A stretch of DNA of 64,000 nt. Origin: Alphaproteobacteria bacterium (GTDB lineage: Bacteria > Pseudomonadota > Alphaproteobacteria > MPNO01 > UBA830). The notes below the pieces were generated by a model. That model was given only the letters and a program-made list of their open reading frames with translations. It did no database searches and was not told the DNA's origin. A program made the position numbers and the translations under genes. The stretch lies in assembly GCA_964291215.2 (NCBI GenBank), contig OZ219791.1, positions 480,001 to 544,000 of the forward strand. The letters run 5' to 3'. Of this stretch, positions 54,293 to 64,000 are shown piece by piece; position 1 is the first letter of the stretch, and every line of letters begins with the position of its first letter.

Positions 54293-55992
54293 TACCTGCG
54301 ATTTCACGGCATCAAGGGTCTGCGCCATGTCGCCCTGCACGGCGAGACTTGGGTGGTCGGCTGGCGGCACTTCAAGCTTGCTGCACGCGACCGCTGCGGA
54401 GCAGCAGTGCCTGCATCTGATTGCGAACAATTCCCGGTTCGTTGGGGGGATGCCGAACCTGGCGTGCCTTCGACGGCTGGACATCGAGGCCGCGCGTTCC
54501 TCGCGGAGATGTTCGTCAAGCGCTTCGCCGGAACCTGCTATCGCGCGACGAACTGGCGCTCGCTTGACGCTCGGTCGCGAGCGGCTCCGCGCGCTTCCGT
54601 CACCACGGCCAGGAGATCTTCATGTACGAACTGGGACCGCCGGGACGCGATCCCGGAGAGCGCAGCACGACAGTGCCGGGCCTCGGCTGCGCAGCCTGTG
54701 CCTGGGCGAGGTATGCCGCAAGCGCTATCCGCTGAGAACCATTCTCGCGGCTCGCCGGCTACCGCGGCGTGACCGCATTCGCCGCCCTCCAGGAACAGCT
54801 TGCGGCGGTGAACTCGTTCTTCAGCCCGAAGCGCTACACCGCACCCACACCTTCCACACCATCCTCGCTGACCTGCCGCCCGAGACTCTGCCCTGTGGAC
54901 GGCCCGGCAGCAGACACGCCGGCAAGGACATCCGCGGTGCCTCCAGCCGAGAACGCCCGGCGGGTCGCAGCGGTCGAGCACGGATGGTTCTCGGCCAGGC
55001 GAAGAGCAACGAGATCCCCTCGCCAGCAGCATCAACGTCACCGGCCGCATCGTCACCATGGATGCGATGCACGCTCAGCACGAGCGGCGGCTTCTCGAGC
55101 GCCGCATGTCGTCACGGCGATCAGGAATAACCAGGAGACCATACTCGACGACCTCAAGGCCATCGACTTCGAGGGCTCGTTCGAAACCCTCGACAAGGGC
55201 GCATCGAGCGCCGCCGCCGTGGTCGACATCTCCGGCGCCGAGCGGGACCGCTGCGCTGCTCTCCACGGTCGCCGCCAAGCCATCCGCATCAAGCGCGAGA
55301 TCTGCAAGACCAAAGAGAGCAGTGTCGAGACCACCTGGTACCTCACCTCGCTCGGCCCCGAACGCCCCGAGATGCTTCTGGCGCGCGGGTCATGGAAAAT
55401 CGACTCCGCTACGTACGCGATTTCACCTGCGACGAAGACCGCTGCAGGGTGCGCCGCGCAACCTCTTGACAAACGCCGCCATCGTGCGCTGCGGTGGACA
55501 CTTCATGCCCGAGGCCAACCGGCACTACGCCGCCCGCGCCCGGGACGCGCTCGACGCCATCCTCATCCCGCAGATAAACCTTCGCCCCTGGCCCCGCGCC
55601 ACAAGCCGGGAACGCGCCGACGCAACAGGACAGCTCTGCTCGAACACTCGAAAAAGCGTGCCCGGCCTGATGCACCAGCCACTGAAACCAGCCCACAGTA
55701 AACCCAAGGTGCCTCAACCATGCCAGGTCCCTGTCACATCAGCAATCCACAGGCCCGACAAAAGAATAGTCCTGCCTGTCGCTCGGGCGGCGCATCATGT
55801 GAAGCGGAGCCATCTGTACCCCGTGACGCGGTATCATATTGATCTGTTGGGCAGCGTCGGCGACGCCGGAACGGCGGCATGCGGTCCACGGGATCCTTTC
55901 CTGCCCGAACCGTGTCGGCCAAGTATGCAGTGGTATTCGTAGAGCCGAGTCGGCAAACTGTATCCACGTTGGCGGCCAAGGATTCAGGCTAT

Positions 55993-57527
<1,535 letters not shown>

Positions 57528-57531
<4 letters not shown>

Positions 57532-57925
57532 CGATGGCCTCTTCCCATCCTTTGCATGCGCTGGGAGACATGTCGGTAAACCAAGGCGCGCGGCACCTTC
57601 CAGTGAAGGCTGTTTTCAGACAGCCTTACCCTTGCCATGATCTGCGAAGGGTTGTCGATAACGATATCGTCGATGACAACGGGAGAGACTTCGCCGGGGC
57701 CGCGCTGAGGCTGCCGCCCGACTTTATCGCCGATGCCCGGGCGCTGGCGGACATGATCGAGGCGGCACCGGATGACTGACCGGCTGCATCTCCAGCCGAA
57801 GCATCGCGAGGCGCTGTTGAGGGAACATCTGCCCGATGTCGAGGTGTGGGCCTATGGCAGCCGTGTCAACGGGCGCAGCCATGACGGCAGCGATCTCGAT
57901 CTGGTGCTGTGCGGGCCAGAATTGA
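57528..57925 (+). pseudogene. eroded hsdS-like start plus duplicated HEPN tail and MNT fragment
   Basis: ~57705-57915 is homologous to ~58420-58640 (PDFIADARALADMIEAAPDD / MTDRLHL...YGSRVNGRSHDGSDLD); 57528-57680 weakly resembles an HsdS target-recognition domain. Confidence 0.55.
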
Positions 57926-58067
57926 TTCCGGTGGGCAATGTGGCGCACGCCTGTGTCATACAACGGTTGCTGAGGCTCATAATCTTGCCGAAACTGATCG
58001 ACCAATCGGCCTGCCGCTCATGGATGAGCCGCAACGGGTCTGCGCACCGGGGACGGAGCAGCGGGGC

Positions 58068-58493
58068 ATGAGCATCGATACCACCTTCTTGCGGCGCTGC
58101 ATCGGAACGCTGGAGACAGCTTTCGGCGAGATCGACAACCAGCGCGCGACGGACGATTTCATGTATGACATCTATCGCGCCGCCTGCGTGAAGGAGTTCG
58201 AGCTGGTGTTGGAGCAGAGCGGCAAACTGTTACGTAAGCGGCTTGCCGCCTTCTTCGCCAGCAACAGACAGGCGGACCGGCTTGCCTTCAAGGACCTGTT
58301 CCGCCACGCCGCCCGGCACGGACTGATCGAAGCCGTCGCGGCGGAACGCTGGTTCAGCTATCGCGACAACCGCAACGATACCGCGCACGACTACGGCGCA
58401 GGCTTCGCCGAGGCCACGCTCAAGTTGTTGCCCGACTTTATCGCCGATGCCCGGGCGCTGGCGGACATGATCGAGGCGGCGCCGGATGACTGA
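58068..58493 (+). CDS. HEPN toxin (HI0074-like nucleotidyltransferase substrate-binding protein)
   Basis: KEFE, RNDTAHDY (Rx4H). Confidence 0.88.
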   Translation: MSIDTTFLRRCIGTLETAFGEIDNQRATDDFMYDIYRAACVKEFELVLEQSGKLLRKRLAAFFASNRQADRLAFKDLFRHAARHGLIEAVAAERWFSYRDNRNDTAHDYGAGFAEATLKLLPDFIADARALADMIEAAPDD

Positions 58494-58887
58494 CCGGTTG
58501 CATCTTGAGCCGAAGCACCGCCAGGTGCTGACAGCCCTGCTGCGGGAGCATTTGCCCGATGTCGAGGTATGGGCCTATGGCAGCCGCGTCAACGGGCGCA
58601 GCCATGACGGCAGTGATCTCGATCTGGTGCTGCGCGGGCCAGGACAGGGGGAGATCCCGGCCGACAAGTTGGCGGACTTCGAGGAGGCGGTGCGGGAATC
58701 GACCATTCCCTTCTTGGTCGAGGCCCGCGACTGGGCGCGCCTGCCGGAGCGGTTTCACCGGGAGATCGAGCGAGATCATGTGGTACTGGCTGATGCGGGG
58801 CGTTCTTCCATTACGTTTGGAACCGCGATATTGGGCAAAGTCACCAAGCCAACTCTGAGTAGTGTCGACAAAAAAAGTAAGAATTGA
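58486..58887 (+). CDS. minimal nucleotidyltransferase (MNT) antitoxin, running into HsdS-like sequence
   Basis: YGSRVNGRSHDGSDLD (GSx10DxD); C terminus SSVDKKSK resembles the start of an HsdS TRD. Confidence 0.85.
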   Translation: MTDRLHLEPKHRQVLTALLREHLPDVEVWAYGSRVNGRSHDGSDLDLVLRGPGQGEIPADKLADFEEAVRESTIPFLVEARDWARLPERFHREIERDHVVLADAGRSSITFGTAILGKVTKPTLSSVDKKSKN

Positions 58888-59640
58888 GAATTTACTGTAT
58901 CACTTTGCAACTATATGGATGTCTATTCAAGGAGCTTCATCCAAGCTGATATTCCATTCATGACGGCGACTGCTACAAGGAAAGAGATTGAACGGTGCAG
59001 ATTACAAACCGACGATGTCATTATTACTAAAGACTTGGAAAAACATGATGACATTGGAGTTCCCGCACTTGTCCGTGAGAATATCAAAGGGCTTGTGTGT
59101 GGGTATCACCTCGCGATTCTTCGCCCATCAAAAGATGAACTTCATGGACCTTATCTGTACTACGCACTTCAAACCGGAGAGGCTCGGCACCAATTTCACA
59201 CCTTCGCCAACGGTGTGACAAGATTTGGCCTGCGTAAAGACGATATTTTTCGTGTCAAGGTTCCCCTCCCTCCCCTCCCGAGCAGCGAGCGATTGCGGGC
59301 CTCCTCGGCGCGCTGGACGACAAGATCGAACTGAACCGGCGGATGAACCGGACGCTGGAGGCGATGGCGCGGGCGATCTTCCAGGACTGGTTCGTCGATT
59401 TCGGGCCGGTCCGGGCGAAGAGGGAAGGGCGTGCGCCCTATCTGTCTCCCGAAATATGGAAACTGTTTCCTGATGCGCCGGACGGCGAGGGCATTCCTTT
59501 CGGTTGGGAAGTTTCAGCAATCGGTAGAGAAGTCAATACTGTCGGAGGTGCTACCCCGAGCACGAAGGATCCCTCGTTTTGGGAAGGCGGCGAGTTCCAT
59601 TGGGCCACACCAAAGGATCTGTCGAAATTGTTGTCGCCGG
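58800..59640 (+). pseudogene. hsdS: type I R-M specificity subunit S, frameshifted and truncated by IS66
   Basis: [76 protein letters not shown]. Confidence 0.85.
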
Positions 59641-61195
59641 GTAACTGCTCACCCCCTGGTTCCGGCTTGATGTCGGGGTAGAGTAACGAACGGGTTTACG
59701 TGGAGATTTGACACTGCAGGCCGATTCGTTTAGTGGTGGTAATCGAGAACGACGGGGACCGCCAGTGGGCTACTTTGGATCGAAGGCGACGAGCGGGCTG
59801 TGCCAGCTGCTTCCGGGGCTCCAGCCCCCGCATGATCTGTATGTGGAAACGCATCTCGGAAGCGGCGCGCTAATGAAGCGCAAGGCCGGGTGATGGCGAC
59901 GGTCAACGCGGCGCGCGAGGAGTTCGAAGCGGCCAGGATCGCGGCGCTGCGTGCGGCCGGCAAGGTGGCGGAAGAGGCCGTCATCCGCGTCCTCGTCATC
60001 CTGCTCGACATCATCATCGTCGTCCTTCTGGAGAAGACCACGCACGAGCCGGAACTCCGGTCTGCCGCCGTCACAGACGGACAAGAGCGTGCCGGGAGCA
60101 ACGGCAAGGGCCCGAAGCCGAACCGGCAGATGGGCGACAACCTGCGCAAGACCATCGTCGAGGAGACGGTCGCGGTCGATGTCTGCGACGCCTGCGGCGC
60201 TGACGGCGTCGACCCCGTCGATCGGGAGCGCCGCACGACATCGTGTTCGAGGTCGTCGAGCGCCGCGCCGAGATCAAGGAATGCCCGAAGTGCAAGGCCC
60301 GGACCAAGGGCCGGTTTCCCGACAACATCCCGTGCAGTACGGCATCGGCATTCAGGCCCTCGTCATCAACCTGCTGGTCGCCCAGATGCTGTCCCTGCGC
60401 CGTGCCGTCGCGTTCGTGCAGGCGATCTCCGGCATCAAGCTCTCCGAGGCAACCTGCCTCGGCTATGCTTTCACGATGCGCTCGTGTCATGGGAGGAGGC
60501 CGCCGTGGCGCACCTCCTGCAACGCCCGATGTCGATGATTTCGGATCAACAGTAAGTGGCTCCATGTCGTGGGACCCTGACGTGCAAGTTCCCGCACCGC
60601 AAGCGCGGCCGGGAGGCAAGAGATCGGCATCATCCCGTGCTACAAGGGCGTCCTGGGCCTCGTACATGGGCCAGTGTAGCCACCAGCTGTGCGGCAGCCA
60701 CCTGCTGCGCGAACTGACCTTTGTCGTCGAGGCTACCGCGCGACTGATGAAGAGCCTGCTCCCTGCCACAAGGTCAACAAAAGCGCATCCAAGACCCTGA
60801 ACGACGCCGGGCGCAAGCGCTACCGCACCATCAGGGCGCCAGGGAACTGCCCGATATCCCGCCGAAAGGAAAACGTGGACGCAAGTCCGACGCGCACAAC
60901 CTGCACGAACGTCTCGTGAAACACGAAAACCTGCGCTTCACAGACGACCCCAACGTCAGCTTCACCAACAATGCCGGAGAACAGAAGATCAGGATGGCAA
61001 AGGTCAAGCTCAAGGTGTCTGGATGCTTCCGCTCCACGCAAAAGCATGGTGCCGGGGCTCAAGCTACCTCACCTCCATGGCCGCACTCGGCTACAACCCA
61101 CTCGTCGCCACCCAGATCGCCCTCGACGGAAAAGCCGCAGACATCATCAACGAGCACTATGGCCAATCAGAACCCAACAAGGGGTGAGTAGATAC
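59641..61195 (+). mobile_element. degraded IS66-family element, copy 2 (with Dam-like fragment)
   Basis: Same TIRs and near-identical sequence to 5902-7401. Confidence 0.87.
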
Positions 61196-61661
61196 GTTCC
61201 GTCAATCTCCTTCAGACCCCGTCAAATCGTCGAACGCGCAACTCCGTGAGATCCGAGACCTGCGTAATTCCGCTGCGCCCAAGACACTGCGCCTCAACCG
61301 CCGCGAGCAACCGGCGACTCCTTTCGTCAAGATGAGGAGGAAGGACTGCAAACCGGTGCCTTATGCTCTCTGCCTGTTCCATGCACCGAAGATAAACATC
61401 CCAACAACGCCGGAGAATCCGCCGACAACCAAACTGACCGACAAATCATCCCCGAAAGACCTCAGCACCAACCAGCCGAAGCCAGCAGACTGACCCGTCA
61501 GCAAACGCTCAACCAAAACCACCGGACAGACAAAACGCCACCGCAAACAACATGGATTCGATTATTTAGTGACTAACCCTTAGCATGGGATCACCGTGGA
61601 GCATGCGCGACGAGCCGCAGCAGCGGCGCGTCGGAGTTCATAAAGCAAAGAGGCTTGCCGG

Positions 61662-62849
61662 GTGTCGCATCAACCGTTGCCGCTCAGCCGTTTCAGAGTG
61701 CTTGATCTCACCCGGGTGCGCGCGGGCCCGACCTGCGTCAGGCAGCTGGCCGACTGGGGCGCGGACTGCATCATGGTCGAACAGCCGCAAACGCCGGGCG
61801 CGCCGGAAGGAATCACCGGCGCCCGCGGCGGGCCCGATTTCCAGAATCTTCACCGCAACAAGCGGTCGATGACCCTGAATCTCAAGACGCTCGTGGGCCG
61901 GGAGATCTTTCACCGGCTGGTGAAGGATGCCGATGTCGTCGTCGAAAACTACCGACCCGACGTCAAGCACCGGCTCGGCCTCGACTATGAGAGCCTGAAG
62001 GCGATCAATCCGGGGATCGTGCTCGGGTCGATTTCCGGCTTCGGGCAGGACGGGCCCTACGCGAAGCGTCCCGGCGTCGACCAGATCGCCCAGGGTCTCG
62101 GAGGCCTGATGTCGATCACCGGACTGCCGGGCCAGGGCCCGGTGCGGGCCGGCACGGCGATCGCCGATCTGTCCGCGGGCCTCTATTGCGCGATCGGCAT
62201 ACTGGTCGCGCTTCTTGAGAGGGAGGTCTCGAGAGAGGGCCAGTGGGTTCACACCTCGCTTCTTGAGGCGCAGATTTCCATGCTCGACTTCCAGGCGGCG
62301 CGCTGGCTGCTCGGCGGGGAGGTCCCGTCGCAGGCCGGCAATAACCATCCGACCTCGATACCGACCGGCGTCTTTCCGTGCAGCGACGGCCACCTCAACA
62401 TCGCAGCGGGAGGCCAGAGCTTGTTCGAGCGCCTCTGCGCCGCCCTCGGGGCCGAGGATCTCGCCGCCAATCCGGACTACGCGACGGGCGAGTTGCGCCT
62501 GCGCAACCGGGATCGGCTGAATGACGAGATCGGCGAACACACGAAGCGCCGGACCAGCGCCGAATGGATCGATCTGTTCAACGATGCCGGTGTGCCATGC
62601 GGCCCCATACATACCATCGACAGGATGTTCGAGGACCCCCAAGTCAGGCATCTGGGCATGGCTGCTCCGGTGCATTCACCCGCACGGGGGGACATGCACG
62701 TTGTCGGCCAGGCCGTCAACATGAGCCGCGCATCGCGGGAGATCCGCAGCGCGACGCCGGAACGGAGCCAGCACACAGCCGACATTCTGGCGTCTCTGGG
62801 CTATTCCGCAGAGGCGATCGCAGGATTCCGCGCCGACGGTGTGGTATAG
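61662..62849 (+). CDS. CaiB/BaiF family III CoA-transferase
   Basis: RVLDLTRVRAGP, RNKRS, DVVVENYRP, ISGFGQDGPY, catalytic D in PGVDQIAQG. Confidence 0.95.
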   Translation: MSHQPLPLSRFRVLDLTRVRAGPTCVRQLADWGADCIMVEQPQTPGAPEGITGARGGPDFQNLHRNKRSMTLNLKTLVGREIFHRLVKDADVVVENYRPDVKHRLGLDYESLKAINPGIVLGSISGFGQDGPYAKRPGVDQIAQGLGGLMSITGLPGQGPVRAGTAIADLSAGLYCAIGILVALLEREVSREGQWVHTSLLEAQISMLDFQAARWLLGGEVPSQAGNNHPTSIPTGVFPCSDGHLNIAAGGQSLFERLCAALGAEDLAANPDYATGELRLRNRDRLNDEIGEHTKRRTSAEWIDLFNDAGVPCGPIHTIDRMFEDPQVRHLGMAAPVHSPARGDMHVVGQAVNMSRASREIRSATPERSQHTADILASLGYSAEAIAGFRADGVV

Positions 62850-62882
62850 GAGCCGCGCCGGAACAACCGTCGGACACAAGCC

Positions 62883-63692
62883 ATGAGCAACGGTGAAGAG
62901 GCCGCGGCCACTGGACGCATGATCGCCCGCAAGGACGGCAATATCGGCTGGATGATCTACGACCATCAGGCGCGGCACAACGCGGTTACCTACGACATGC
63001 GGCGCGCGATCCCGGGCATCCTCGCCGATTTCGAGGCCGACGATGCCGTGCGGGCGGTAGTGCTGGCGGGGGCCGGAGACACGGCTTTCATTTCCGGTTC
63101 CGACATCTCGCAATTCGAGACCCGGCGCTCGTCGGAAGAGGCGCGGCGGATCTACGACGAGGTCTCCGCCCGGGCCGGCGCCGTAATGGCCGCCTTTCCC
63201 AAACCGATGATCGCGATGGTTCAGGGCTATTGCCTGGGGGCCGGCGTCATGACGGCCATGCATGCGGATATTCGCATCGCCGCCGACAATGCGCGTTTCG
63301 GCGTACCGGCAGCAAGGCTGGGGCTGGGATTTAGCTACGGCGCCGTCCGGGAGCTGATGAATCTCGTCGGACCGGCCTGTGCGGCCGAGATGCTGTTCAC
63401 GGGGAAGAGATACTCGGCCGGAGAAGCGCTGAAGATGGGGCTCGTCAACGACGTGGTGGCAATGGCGGATCTGAAGGATGCCGCTATCGGCATGGCGCGG
63501 ACCATCGCCGCCAACGCGCCGCTGACGCTGCGCTCGATCAAGACCTCGATCCGAGCCGCGCTCGCCGATGACGGCGAATGCGACATGGAACGGGTCCGGG
63601 CCGAGATCGAGGCCTGCTTCGCCAGCGAGGATTACGCCGAGGGCCGCAAGGCATTCATGGAAAAGCGCCGGCCGATGTTCAGGGGCAGGTAA
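62883..63692 (+). CDS. enoyl-CoA hydratase/isomerase family protein
   Basis: AFISGSDI, PKPMIAMVQGYCLGAG, FGVPAARLGLG, EGRKAFMEKRRP. Confidence 0.93.
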   Translation: MSNGEEAAATGRMIARKDGNIGWMIYDHQARHNAVTYDMRRAIPGILADFEADDAVRAVVLAGAGDTAFISGSDISQFETRRSSEEARRIYDEVSARAGAVMAAFPKPMIAMVQGYCLGAGVMTAMHADIRIAADNARFGVPAARLGLGFSYGAVRELMNLVGPACAAEMLFTGKRYSAGEALKMGLVNDVVAMADLKDAAIGMARTIAANAPLTLRSIKTSIRAALADDGECDMERVRAEIEACFASEDYAEGRKAFMEKRRPMFRGR

Positions 63693-63906
63693 CGTGCGGC
63701 AGCGGGCGGCCGGGGAGCGCTTCGGCCGGTTCGCCGAGCGCTCGCGGTCCCGGAATGGCGCTGCGCCAAGCACCTGCCGAATGGCCGCGGGCATGCAGAA
63801 AATCAGATGAACCCGCCTGTTCCTGCGCCGCAGTGCAGCTTGCATTGTCGCGGCCATGACGGCATAAATGGCGCGATCGTCACATTGGCGGATTGGAGGA
63901 GTTCCC

Positions 63907-64000
63907 GTGACTCGCAACGCAACACTGATCGCCCGGCCGAAATCCACGCGAGCCGGCATCGCTGTTCCGGCGGCCGTGGCCATCCTGTTCGGCGTCTTTC
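63907..64000 (+). CDS. 5' end of an unknown secreted/membrane protein (runs off the window)
   Basis: GGAGGAG RBS, GTG start, basic then hydrophobic N terminus. Confidence 0.4.
   Translation, partial: MTRNATLIARPKSTRAGIAVPAAVAILFGVF

Larger units (their letters stand above)
52753..55733 (+). mobile_element. degraded DUF4338-ISAs1 element containing a nested MITE and ISAzo13
   Basis: CAGGGC...CCCTG ends; KEHHYL, LIANNSRF, FAGTCYRATNW (DUF4338); GKDIRG, KSNEI, VTMDAMHAQ, EDRCR (ISAs1). Confidence 0.68.

Noticed and set aside
61196-61580. C/A-rich stretch ending in an IS-like terminus
   Set aside because: Too degraded to assign a family; only the end sequence is suggestive

Overview
GC-rich alphaproteobacterial chromosome window. 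Host association, for example a sponge symbiont, is only an inference from the IS load and gene decay. Intact core blocks are ccmF-ccmG-ccmH-ccmI, DUF3576-leuS-lptE-holA, a ~14 kb cobalamin cluster (cobW-cobN-cobO-cobQ, frameshifted cobD, cbiX-cobH-cobL-cobI-cbiG/cobJ-cobM) and a CoA-transferase/crotonase pair. These alternate with two accessory islands (~5.6-16 kb and ~35.5-61.6 kb) full of nested, eroded mobile elements (IS66, IS1595, IS1380, IS4, ISAs1, ISKra4, IS5, ISAzo13, a group II intron, an ISAs1-type MITE) and defence/TA genes. The best candidate for an undescribed system is an intact four-gene operon at 40.6-44.3 kb: unknown helical protein, QatC/QueC-like PP-loop enzyme, HTH-ImmA/IrrE metallopeptidase and PIN protein. 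It has a perfect sigma70 promoter overlapped by TGACA/TGTCA inverted repeats and is divergent from a Fic gene and a truncated OLD-family ATPase. A second HTH-ImmA + PIN pair sits divergent from a truncated CBASS-type patatin. Other notable patterns: dense microhomology-flanked micro-deletions in the mobile elements, a GT-rich-left/CA-rich-right composition in several IS elements, DUF4338 carried by three IS families, and a structured leader in front of a DUF3800 gene. All family assignments are from motif recognition by eye; no database searches were run.
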